In this document: piece after piece, positions 12,801 to 25,049 of the stretch
Numbering within the stretch: the first letter of the stretch is position 1
Layout: each line of letters starts with the position of its first letter
Assembly: GCA_964016885.1 (NCBI GenBank)
Contig: OZ024748.1
Location: 37,758,001 to 37,822,000, forward strand
Length of the DNA stretch: 64,000 bases
Reading direction: 5' to 3'
DNA from: Eledone cirrhosa
Taxonomy: Eukaryota
Translations under genes and position numbers: made by a program
The notes under the pieces: model-generated
What the model was told of the DNA's origin: nothing
Databases searched by the model: none
What the model saw: only the letters and a program-made list of their open reading frames with translations

Positions 12801-14400
12801 AGAATGTTACGAAGGAGGTAAGTGTTGTGATTAAAAAGAAGGATAAATATAAGGGAATTTACGAAGGAGGTAAGAGTGGTGATTAAAAAGAAGGAAAAAT
12901 ATAAAGAATATTGCGAAGGAGGTAAGTGTTGTGTTTAAAAAGAAGGAAAAATATAAAGAATGTTGCGAAGGAGGTAAGAGTGTTGATTAAAAAGAAGGAA
13001 AAATATAAAGAATGTTGCGAAGGAGGTAAGTGTTGTGATTAAAAAGAAGGAAAAATATAAAGAATGTTACGAAGGAGGTACGAGTTGTAATTAAAAAGAA
13101 GGATAAATATAAAGAATGTTTCGAAGGAGGTAAGGGTTGTTATTAAAAAGAAGGAAAAATATAAAGAATGTTACGAAGTAGGTAAGAGTTGTGATTAAAA
13201 GAAGGCAAAATTTAAAAAATGTTTTGAATGAGGTAAGTGTTGTGATTAAAAAGAAGGAAAAATATAAAGGATGTTGCGAAGGAGGTAAGAGTTGTGATTA
13301 AAAAAAATTAAAAATATACAGAATGTTTCGAAGGAGGTAAGTGTTGTGATTAAAAGGAAGGGAAAATATAAAGAATGTTGCGAAGGAGGTAAGTGTTGTG
13401 ATTAAAATGTAGGGAAAATATAAAGAATGTTGCGAAGGATGTAAGAGTTGTGATTAAAAATAAGGAAAAATATCAAGAATGTTGCGAAGGAGGTAAGAGT
13501 TGTGATTAAAAAAAATGAAAAATATACAGAATGTTTCGAAGGAGGTAAGTGTTGTGATTAAAAGGAAGGGAAAATATAAAGAATGTTGCGAAGGAGGTAA
13601 GTGTTGTGATTAAAAAAAAGGAAAAATATAAAGAATGTTGTGAAGGAGGTAAGTGTTGTGATTAAAAAGAAGGAAAAATATAAAGAATGCTGTGAAGGAG
13701 GTAAGTGTTGTGATTAAAAGGAAAGAAAAATATAAAGAATGTTGCGAAGGAGGAAAGAGTGGTGATTTAAAAAAAAGAAAAATATAAAGAATGTTGCGAA
13801 GGAGGAAAGTGTTGTGATTAAAAAGAAGGACAAATATAAAGAATATTGCGAAGGAGGTAAGTGTTGTGATTAAAAGGAAGGAAAAATATAAAGAATGTTG
13901 CGAAGGAGGTAATTGTTGCAATTAAAAAGAAAGACAAATAGAAAGAATGTTGCGAAGGAGGGAAGTGTTGTGATTAAAAAGAAGGAAAAATATAAAGAAT
14001 CCTACAAAGGAGGTAAGAGTTGTGATTAAAAAGAAGGAAAAAATATAAAGAATGTTACGAAGGAGGTAAGTGTTGTGATTAAAAAGAAAGACAAATATGA
14101 AGAATGTTGCAAAGGAGGTAAGTGTTGTGATTAAAATGAAGGAAAAATATAAAGAATGTTGCGAAGGAGGTAACAGTTGTGATTAAACAGAAGGAAAAAT
14201 ATAAAGAATGTTGCGAAGGAGGTAGTGTTGTGATTAAAAAGAAGGAAAAATATAAAGGATGTTACGAAGGAGGTAAGTGTTGTGATTAAAAAGAAGGATA
14301 AATATAAGGGAATTTACGAAGGAGGTAAGAGTGGTGATTAAAAAGAAGGAAAAATATAAAGAATATTGCGAAGGAGATAAGTGTTGTGTTTAAAAAGAAG
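6900..14400. repeat. Long-range duplication within the array: block ~6.9-9.3 kb repeated at ~12.1-14.4 kb (offset 5143/5091 bp)
   Basis: Offset 5143: ATTAGAAATGGGG at 7481/12624, GGGTTGTTATT at 7991/13134, GGCAAAATTT at 8061/13204. Offset 5091, one monomer less: TGTAGGG at 8317/13408, AGGAGATAAG at 9281/14372. Confidence 0.85.
8100..10330. repeat. Local tandem duplication, 23 monomers, ~1196 bp
   Basis: AAAATGTAGGG marker at 8317 and 9513. GAATCCTAC marker at 8910 and 10105. Confidence 0.85.
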
Positions 14401-14959
14401 GAAAAATATAAAGAATGTTGTGAAGGAGGTAAGAGTGTTGATTAAAAAGAAGGAAAAATATAAAGAATGTTGCGAAGGTGTTAAGAGTTGTGATTAAAAA
14501 GAAGGAAAAATATAAAGAATGTTGCGAAGGAGGTAAGTGTTGTGATTAAAAGAAATGAAAAATATACAGAATGTTTCGAAGGAGGTAAGTGTTGTGATTA
14601 AAATGAAGGAAAAATATAAAGAATGTTGCGAAGGAGGTAAGAGTTGTGATTAAAAAGAAGGAAAAATATAAAGAATGCTGCGAAGGAGGTAAGTGTTGTG
14701 ATTAAAAGGAAAGAAAAATATAAAGAATGTTGCGAAGGAGGAAAGAGTGGTGATTAAAAAGAAGGTAAAATATAAAGAATGTTGCGAAGGAGGTTAGTGT
14801 TGTGATTAAAAAGAAGGAAAAATATAAAGAATCCTACAAAGGAGGTAAGAGTTGTGTTTAAAAAGAAGGAAACATTTAAAGAATGTTGCGAAGGAGGTAA
14901 GTGTTGTGATTAAAAAGAAGTAAAAAATATAAAGAATGTTACGAAGGAGGTAAGTGTTG

Positions 14960-16600
14960 TGATTAAAAAGAAAGACAAATATGAAGAATGTTGCAAAGGA
15001 GGTAAGTGTTGTGATTAAAATGAAGCTAAAATATAAAGAATGTTGCGAAGGAGGTAACAGTTGTGAATAAAAAGAAGGAAAAATATAAAGAATGTTGCGA
15101 AGGAGGTAGTGTTGTGAGTAAAAAGAAGGAAAAATATAAAGAATGTTACGAAGGAGGTAAGTGTTGTGATTAAAAAGAAGGATAAATATAAGGGAATTTA
15201 CGAAGGAGGTAAGAGTGGTGATTAAAAAGAAGGAAAAATATAAAGAATATTGCGAAGGAGGTAAGTGTTGTGTTTAAAAAGAAGGAAAAATATAAAGAAT
15301 GTTGCGAAGGAGGTAAGAGTGTTGATTAAAAAGAAGGAAAAATATAAAGAATGTTGCGAAGGAGGTAAGTATTGTGATTAAAAAGAAGCAAAAATATAAA
15401 GAATGTTAAGAAGGAGGTACGAGTTGTGATTAAAAAGAAGGAAAAATATAAAGAATGTTTCGAAGGAGGTAAGTGTTGTGATTAAAAAGAAGGAAAAATA
15501 TAAAGAATGTTACGAAGTAGGTAAGAGTTGTGATTAAAAAGAAGGGAATATTTAAAAAATGTTTTGAATGAGGTAAGTGTTGTGATTAAAAAGAAGGAAA
15601 AATATAAATAATGTTGCAAAGGAGGTAAGTGTTGTGATTAAAAGGAAGGGAAAATATAAAGAATGTTGCGAAGGAGTTAAGAGTTGTGATTAAAAATAAG
15701 GAAAAATATCAAGAATGTTGCGAAGGAGGTAAGAGTTGTGATTAAAAGAAATGAAAAATATACAGAATGTTTCGAAGGAGGTAAGTGTTGTGATTAAAAG
15801 GAAGGGAAAATATAAAGAATGTTGCGAAGGAGGTAAGTGTTGTGATTAAAAAGAAAGACAAATATGAAGAATGTTGCAAAGGAGGTAAGTGTTGTGATTA
15901 AAATGAAGGAAAAATATAAAGAATGTTGCGAAGGAGGTAACAGTTGTGATTAAAAAGAAGGAAAAATATAAAGAATGTTGCGAAGGAGGTAGTGTTGTGA
16001 TTAAAAAGAAGGAAAAATATAAAGAATGTTACGAAGGAGGTAAGTGTTGTGATTAAAAAGAAGGATAAATATAAGGGAATTTACGAAGGAGGTAAGAGTG
16101 GTGATTAAAAAGTAGGAAAAATATAAAGAATATTGCGAAGGAGGTAAGTGTTGTGTTTAAAAAGAAGGAAAAATATAAAGAATGTTGCGAAGGAGGTAAG
16201 AGTGTTGATTAAAAAGAAGGAAAAATATAAAGAATGTTGCGAAGGAGGTAAGTGTTGTGATTAAAAAGAAGGAAAAATATAAAGAATGTTAAGAAGGAGG
16301 TACGAGTTGTGATTAAAAAGAAGGAAAAATATAAAGAATGTTTCGAAGGAGGTAAGTGTTGTGATTAAAAAGAAGGAAAAATATAAAGAATGTTACGAAG
16401 TAGGTAAGAGTTGTGATTAAAAAGAAGGAAAAATTTAAAAAATGTTTTGAATGAGGTAAGTGTTGTGATTAAAAAGAAGGAAAAAATATAAATAATGTTG
16501 CAAAGGAGGAAAGTGTTGTGATTAAAAGGAAGGGAAAATATAAAGAATGTTGCGAAGGAGTTAAGAGTTGTGATTAAAAAGAAGGAAAAATATAAAGAAT
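14960..16600. repeat. Local tandem duplication, 17 monomers, ~883 bp (a related 14-mer of 727 bp lies at ~19.8-21.4 kb)
   Basis: GTTAAGAAGG marker at 15405 and 16288, and again at 20241 and 20968. Confidence 0.75.
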
Positions 16601-19600
16601 GTTGCGAAGGATGTAAGAGTTGTGATTAAAAATAAGGAAAAATATCAAGAATGTTGCGAAGGAGGTAAGAGTTGTGATTAAAAAAAATGAAAAATATACA
16701 GAATCTTTCGAAGGAGGTAAGTGTTGTGATTAAAAAAAAGGAAAAATATACAGAATGTTGTGAAGGAGGTAAGTGTTGTGATTAAAAAGAAGGAAAAATA
16801 TAAAGAATGCTGCGAAGGAGGTAAGTGTTGTGATTAAAAGGAAAGAAAAATATAAAGAATGTTGCGAAGGAGGAAAGAGTGGTCATATAAAAAGAAGGAA
16901 AAATATAAAGAATATTGCGAAAGAGGTAAGTGTTGTGATTAAAAAGAAAGAAAAATATAAATAATGTTGCGAAGGAGGTAAGAGTGTTGATTAAAAAGAA
17001 GGAAAAATATAAAGAATGTTGCGAAGGAGGTAAGTGTTGTGATTAAAAAGAAGGAAAAATATAAAAATTGTTACGAAAGAGGTACGAGTTGTGATTAAAA
17101 AGAAGGAAAAATATAAAGCATGTTGCGAAGGAGGTAAGTGTTGTGATTAAAAAGAAGGAAAAATATAAAGAATGTTGCGAAGTAGGTAAGAGTTGTGATT
17201 AAAAAGAAGGAAAAATTTAAAAAATGTTTTGAATGAGGTAAGTGTTGTGATTAAAAAGAAGGAAAAATATTAATAATGTTGCGAAGGAGTTAAGTGTTGT
17301 GATTAAAAATAAGGAAAAATTTAAAGAATGTTGCGAAGGAGGTAAGAGTTGTGATTAAAAAGAAGAGAATATATAAAGAATGTTGCGAAAGAGGTAAGTG
17401 TTGTGATTAAAAAGAAGGAAAAATATAAAGAATATTGCGAAGGATGTAAGAGTTGTGATTAAAAATAAGGAAAAATATCAAGAATGTTGCGAAGGAGGTA
17501 AGAGGTGTGATTAAAAAAAAGGAAAAATATACAGAATGTTTCGAAGGAGGTAAGTGTTGTGATTAAAAAGAAGGATAAATATAAGGGAATTTACGAAGGA
17601 GGTAAGAGTGGTGATTAAAAAGAAGGAAAAATATAAAGAATATTGCGAAGGAGGTAAGTGTTGTGTTTAAAAAGAAGTAAAAATATAAAGAATGTGCCGA
17701 AGGAGGTAAGAGTGTTGATTAAAAAGAAGGAAAAATATAAAGAATGTTGCGAAGGAGGTAAGTGTTGTGATTAAAAAGAAGGAAAAATTTAAAGAATGTT
17801 ACGAAGGAGGTACGAGTTGTGATTAAAAAGAAGGAAAAATATAAAGAATGTTTCGAAGGAGGTAAGTGTTGTGATTAAAAAGAAGGAAAAATATAAAGAA
17901 TGTTACGAAGTAGGTAAGAGTTGTGATTAAAAAGAAGGAAAAATTAAAAAAATGTTTTGAATGAGGTAAGTGTTGTGATTAAAAAGAAGGAAAAATATAA
18001 ATAATGTTGCGAAGGAGGTAAGTGTTGTGATTAAAAGGAAGGGAAAATATAAAGAATGTTGCGAAGGAGGTAAGAGTTGTGATTAAAAAGAAGGAAAAAT
18101 ATAAAGAATGTTGCGAAGGATGTAAGAGTTGTAATTAAAAATAAGGAAAAATATCAAGAATGTTGCGAAGGAGGTAAGAGTTGTGATTAAAAAAAATGAA
18201 AAATATACAGAATGTTTCGAAGGAGGTAAGTGTTGTGATTAAAAGGAAGGGAAAATATAAAGAATGTTGCGAAGGAGGTAAGTGTTGAGATTAAAAAGAA
18301 GGAAAAATATAAAGAATGTTGCGAAGGAGGTAAGAGTTGTGATTAAAAAGAAGGGAAAATATAAAGATTGTTGCGAAAGAGGTAATTGTTGTGATTAGAA
18401 ATGGGGAAAAATATAAAGAATGTTGCGAAGTAGGTAAGAGTTTTGATTAAAAAGAAGGAAAAATATAAAGAATGTTGCGAAGGGGGTAAGTGTTGTGTTT
18501 AAAAAAAGGAAAAATATAAAGAAATTTATGAAGGAGGTAAGAGTGGTCATATAAAAAGAAGGAAAAATATAAAGAATATTGCGAAAGAGGTAAGTGTAGT
18601 GATTAAAAAGAAAGAAAAATAGAAAGAATGTTGTGAAGGAGGTAAGAGTTGTGATTAAAACGAAGGAATAATATAAAGAATGTTGCGAAGGAGGTAAGTG
18701 TTGTGATTAAAAAGAAGGAAAAATATAAAGAATGTAACGAAGGAGGTACGAGTTGTGATTACAAAGAAGGAAAAATATAAAGAATGTTGCGAAGGAGGTA
18801 GTGTTGTGATTAAAAAGAAGGAAAAATATAAAGAATGTTACGAAGGAGGTAAGTGTTGTGATTAAAAAGAAGGATAAATATAAGGAAATTTACGAAGGAG
18901 GTAAGAGTGGTGATTAAAAAGAAGGAAAAATATAAAGAATATTGCGAAGGAGGTAAGTGTTGTGTTTAAAAAGAAGGAAAAATATAAAGAATGTTGCGAA
19001 GGAGGTAAGAGTGTTGATTAAAAAGAAGGAAAAATATAAAGAATGTTACGAAGGAGGTAAGAGTTGTGATTAAAATGTAGGGAAAATATAAAGAATGTTG
19101 CGAAGGATGTAAGAGTTGTGATTGAAAATAAGGAAAAATATCAAGAATGTTGCGAAGGAGGTAAGAGTTGTGATTAAAAAAAATGAAAAATATACAGAAT
19201 GTTTCGAAGGAGGTAAGTGTTGTGATTAAAAGGAAGGGAAAATATAAAGAATGTTGCGAAGGAGGTAAGTGTTGTGATTAAAAAAAAGGAAAAATATACA
19301 GAATGTTGTGAAGGAGGTAAGTGTTGTGATTAAAAAGAAGGAAAAATATAAAGAATGCTGCGAAGGAGGTAACTGTTGTGATTAAAAGGAAAGAAAAATA
19401 TAAAGAATGTTGCGAAGGAGGAAAGCGTGGTGATTAAAAAAAAAGAAAAATATAAAGAATGTTGCGAAGGAGGAAAGTGTTGTGATTAAAAAGAAGGACA
19501 AATATAAAGAATATTGCGAAGGAGGTAAGTGTTGTGATTAAAAGGAAGGAAAAATATAAAGAATGTTGCGAAGGAGGTAATTGTTGCAATTAAAAAGAAA

Positions 19601-21299
19601 AACTAATAGAAAGAATGTTGCGAAGGAGGGAAGTGTTGTGATTAAAAAGAAGGAAAAATATAAAGAATCCTACAAAGGAGGTAAGAGTTGTGTTTAAAAA
19701 GAAGGAAACATTTAAAGAATGTTGCGAAGGAGGTAAGTGTTGTGATTAAAAAGAAGGAAAAAATATAAAGAATGTTACGAAGGAGGTAAGTGTTGTGATT
19801 AAAAAGAAAGACAAATATGAAGATTGTTGCAAAGGAGGTAAGTGTTGTGATTAAAATGAAGGAAAAATATAAAGAATGTTGCGAAGGAGGTAACAGTTGT
19901 GATTAAAAAGAAGGAAAAATATAAAGAATGTTGCGAAGGAGGTAGTGTTGTGATTAAAAAGAAGGACAAATATAAAGAATGTTACGAAGGAGGTAAGTGT
20001 TGTGATTAAAAAGAAGGATAAATATAAGGGAATTTACGAAGGAGGTAAGAGTGGTGATTAAAAAGAAGGAACAATATAAAGAATATTGCGAAGGAGGTAA
20101 GTGTTGTGTTTAAAAAGAAGGAAAAATATAAAGAATGTTGCGAAGGAGGTAAGAGTGTTGATTAAAAAGAAGGAGAAATATAAAGAATGTTGCGAAGGAG
20201 GTAAGTGTTGTGATTAAAAAGAAGGAAAAATATAAAGAATGTTAAGAAGGAGGTACGAGTTGTGATTAAAAAGAAGGAAAAATATAAAGAATGTTTCGAA
20301 GGAGGTAAGTGTTGTGATTAAAAAGAAGGAAAAATATAAATAATGTTGCAAAGGAGGTAAGTGTTGTGATTAAAAGGAAGGGAAAATATAAAGAATGTTG
20401 CGAAGGAGTTAAGAGTTGTGATTAAAAAGAAGGAACAATATAAAGAATGTTGCGAAGGATGTAAGAGTTGTGATTAAAAATAAGGAAAAATATCAAGAAT
20501 GTTGCGAAGGAGGTAAGAGTTGTGATTAAAAGAAATGAAAAATATACAGAATGTTTCGAAGGGGGTAAGTGTTGTGATTAAAAGGAAGGGAAAATATAAA
20601 GAATGTTGCGAAGGAGGTAAGTGTTGTGATTAAAAAGAAAGACAAATATGAAGAATGTTGCAAAGGAGGTAAGTGTTGTGATTAAAATGAAGGAAAAATA
20701 TAAAGAATGTTGCGAAGGAGGTAACAGTTGTGATTAAAAAGAAGGAAAAATATAAAGAATGTTGCGAAGGAGGTAGTGTTGTGATTAAAAAGAAGGAAAA
20801 ATATAAAGAATGTTACGAAGGAGGTAAGTGTTGTGATTAAAAAGAAGGATAAATATAAGGGAATTTACGAAGGAGGTAAGAGTGGTGATTAAAAAGAAGG
20901 AAAAATATAAAGAATATTGCGAAGGAGGTAAGTGTTGTGATTAAAACGAAGGAAAAATATAAAGAATGTTAAGAAGGAGGTACGAGTTGTGATTAAAAAG
21001 AAGGAAAAATATAAAGAATGTTTCGAAGGAGGTAAGTGTTGTGATTAAAAAGAAGGAAAAATATAAAGAATGTTACGAAGTAGGTAAGTGTTGTGATTAA
21101 AAAGAAGGAAAAATTTAAAAAATGTTTTGAATGAGGTAAGTGTTGTGATTAAAAAGAAGGAAAAATATAAATAATGTTGCAAAGGAGGTAAGTGTTGTGA
21201 TTAAAAGGAAGGGAAAAAATAAAGAATGTTGCGAAGGAGTTAAGAGTTGTGATTAAAAAGAAGGAAAAATATAAAGAATGTTGCGAAGGATGTAAGAGT

Positions 21300-23780
21300 T
21301 GTGATTACAAATAAGGAAAAATATCAAGAATGTTGCGAAGGAGGTAAGAGTTGTGATTAAAAAAAATGAAAAATATACAGAATGTTTCGAAGGAGGTAAG
21401 TGTTGTGATTAAAAGGAAGGGAAAATATAAAGAATGTTGCGAAGGAGGTAAGTGTTGTGATTAAAAAAAAGGAAAAATATACAGAATGTTGTGAAGGAGG
21501 TAAGTGTTGTGATTAAAAAGAAGGAAAAATATAAAGAATGCTGCGAAGGAGGTAAGTGTTGTGATTAAAAGGAAGGGAAAATATAAAGAATGTTGCGAAG
21601 GAGGTAATTGTTGCAATTAAAAAGAAAGACAAATAGAAAGAATGTTGCGAAGGAGGGAAGTGTTGTGAATAAAAAGAAGGAAAATATAAAGAATCCTACA
21701 AAGGAGGTAAGAGTTGTGTTTAAAAAGAAGGAAACATTTAAAGAATGTTGCGAAGGAGGTAAGTGTTGTGATTAAAAAGAAGGAAAAATATAAAGATTGT
21801 TACGAAGGAGGTAAGTGTTGTGATTAAAAAGAAATACAAATATGAAGAATGTTGCAAAGGAGGTAAGAGTTGTGATTAAAATGAATGAAAAATATAAAGA
21901 ATGTTGCGAAGGAGGTAACAGTTGTGATTAAAAAGAAGGAAAAATATAAAGAATGTTGCGAAGGAGGGAAGACTTGTGATTAAAAACAAGGAAAAATATA
22001 GAGAATGTTGCGAAGGAGGTAAGAGTGTTGATTAAAAAGAAGGAAAAATATAAAGAATGTTGCGAAGGAGGTAAGTGTTGTGATTAAAAAGAAGGAAAAA
22101 TATAAAGAATGTTACGAAGGAGGAAAGCGTTGTTATTAAAAAGAAGGAAAAATATAAAGAATGTTGCGAAGGAGGTAAGTGTTGTGATTAAAAAGAAGGA
22201 AAATATAAAGAATGTTGCGAAGGAGGTTAGTGTTGTGATTAAAAAGAACGAAAAATATAAAGAAATTTACGAAGGAGGTAAGCGTGGTGATTAAAAAGAA
22301 GGTAAATTATAAAGAATATTGCGAAGGAGGTAAGTGTTGTGTTTAAAAAAAGGAAAAATATAAAGAAATTTACGAAGGAGTTAAGAGTGGTCATATAAAA
22401 AGAAGGAAAAATATAAAGAATATTGCGAAAGAGGTAAGTGTTGTGATTAAAAAGAAAGAAAAATATAAAGAATGTTGCGAAGGAGGTAAGAGTGTTGATT
22501 AAAAAGAAGGAAAAATATAAAGCATGTTGCGAAGGAGGTAAGTGTTGTGATTAAAAAGAAGGAAAAATATAAAGAATGTTGCGAAGTAGGTAAGAGTTGT
22601 GATTAAAAAGAAGGAAAAATTTAAAAAATGTTTTGAATGAGGTAAGTGTTGTGATTAAAAAGAAGGAAAAATATTAATAATGTTGCGAAGGAGGTAAGTG
22701 TTGTGATTAAAAATAACGAAAAATTTAAAGAATGTTGCGAAGGAGGTAAGAGTTGTGATTAAAAAGAAGAGAAAATAGAAAGAATGTTGCGAAAGAGGTA
22801 AGTGTTGTGATTAAAAAGAAGGAACAATATAAAGAATGTTGCGAAGGATGTAAGAGTTGTGATTAAAAATAAGGAAAAATATCAAGAATGTTGCGAAGGA
22901 GGTAAGAGTTGTGATTAAAAAAAAGGAAAAATATACAGAATGTTTCGAAGGAGGTAAGTGTTGTGATTAAAAGGAAGGGAAAATATAAAGAATGTTGCGA
23001 AGGAGGTAAGTGTTGTGATTAAAAAAAAGGAAAAATATACAGAATGTTGTGAAGGAGGTAAGTGTTGTGATTAAAAAGAAGGAAAAATATAAAGAATGCT
23101 GCGAAGGAGGTAAGTGTTGTGATTAAAAGGAAGGGAAAATATAAAGAATGTTGCGAAGGAGGTAATTGTTGCAATTAAAAAGAAAGACAAATAGAAAGAA
23201 TGTTGCGAAGGAGGGAAGTGTTGTGAATAAAAAGAAGGAAAAATATAAAGAATCCTACAAAGGAGGTAAGAGTTGTGTTTAAAAAGAAGGAAACATTTAA
23301 AGAATGTTGCGAAGGAGGTAAGTGTTGTGATTAAAAAGAAGGAAAAATATAAAGATTGTTACGAAGGAGGTAAGTGTTGTGATTAAAAAGAAATACAAAT
23401 ATGAAGAATGTTGCAAAGGAGGTAAGAGTTGTGATTAAAATGAATGAAAAATATAAAGAATGTTGCGAAGGAGGTAACAGTTGTGATTAAAAGAAGGAAA
23501 AATATAAAGAATGTTGCGAAGGAGGGAAGACTTGTGATTAAAAACAAGGAAAAATATAGAGAATGTTGCGAAGGAGGTAAGAGTGTTGATTAAAAAGAAG
23601 GAAAAATATCAAGAATGTTGCGAAGGAGGTAAGTGTTGTGATTAAAAAGAAGGAAAAATATAAAGAATGTTACGAAGGAGGAAAGCGTTGTTATTAAAAA
23701 GAAGGAAAAATATAAAGAATGTTGCGAAGGAGGTAAGTGTTGTGATTAAAAAGAAGGAAAATATAAAGAATGTTACGAAG
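21300..23780. repeat. Local HOR, 30 monomers, ~1558-1559 bp, about 1.6 copies
   Basis: GAATCCTAC at 21695 and 23254. Near-identical ORFs at 22109 and 23667. Shared rare variants include GAAATACAAA and GGGAAGACTTG. Confidence 0.85.
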
Positions 23781-25049
23781 GAGGTAAGTGTTGTGATTAA
23801 AAAGAAGAAAAAATATAAAGAAATTTACGAAGGATATAAGAGTAGTGATTAAAAAGAAGGAAAACTATAAAGAATATTGCGAAAGAGGTAAGTGTTGTGA
23901 TTAAAAAGAAGGAAAAATATAAAGAATGTTGCGAAGGGGGTAAGTGTTGTGTTTAAAAAAAGGAAAAATATAAAGAAATTTACGAAGGAGGTAAGAGTGG
24001 TCATATAAAAAGAAGGAAAAATATATAGAATGTTGCGAAGGAGGTAAGAGTGTTGATTAAAAAGAAGGAAAAATATAAAGAATGTTGCGAAGGAGGCAGT
24101 GTTGTGATTAAAAATAAGGAAAAATTTAAAGAATGTTGCGAAGGAGGTAAGAGTTGTGATTAAAAAGAAGAGAAAATATAAAGAATGTTGCGAAAGAGGT
24201 AAGTGTTGTGATTAAAAGGAAGGGAAAATATAAAGAATGTTGCGAAGGAGGTAAGTGTTGTGATTAAAAAAAAGGAAAAACATAAAGAATGCTGCGAAGG
24301 AGGTAAGTGTTGTGATTAAAAGGAAGGGAAAATATAAAGAAAGTTGCCAAGGAGGTAAGGGTGGTGCTTAAAAAGAAAAAAAAATATAAAGAATGTTGCG
24401 AAGGAGGAAAGAGTGGTGATTAAAAAAAAAGAAAAATATAAAGAATGTTGCGAAGGAGGAAAGTGTTGTGATTAAAAAGAAGGACAAATATAAAGAATAT
24501 TGCGAAGGAGGTAAGTGTTGTGATTAAAAGGAAGGAAAAATATAAAGAATGTTGCGAAGGAGGTAATTGTTGCAATTAAAAAGAAAGACAAATAGAAAGA
24601 ATGTTGCGAAGGAGGGAAGTGTTGTGAATAAAAAGAAGGAAAAATATAAAGAATCCTACAAAGGAGGTAAGAGTTGTGTTTAAAAAGAAGGAAACATTTA
24701 AAGAATGTTGCGAAGGAGGTAAGTGTTGTGATTAAAAAGAAGGAAAAATATAAAGAATGTTACGAAGGAGGTAAGTATTGTGATTAAAAAGAAAGACAAA
24801 TATGAAGAATGTTGCAAAGGAGGTAAATGTTGTGATTAAAATGAATGAAAAATATAAAGAATGTTGCGAAGGAGGTAAGAGTTGTGATTAAAAACAAGGA
24901 AAAATATAAAAAATGTTGCGAAGGAGGTAAGAGTTGTGATTAAAAAGAAGGGAAAATATAAAGAATGTTGCGAAAGAGGTAAGTTTTGTGATTAAAAATG
25001 AGGAAAAATATAAAGAATGTTGCGAAGGAGGTAAGAGTGTTGATTAAAA

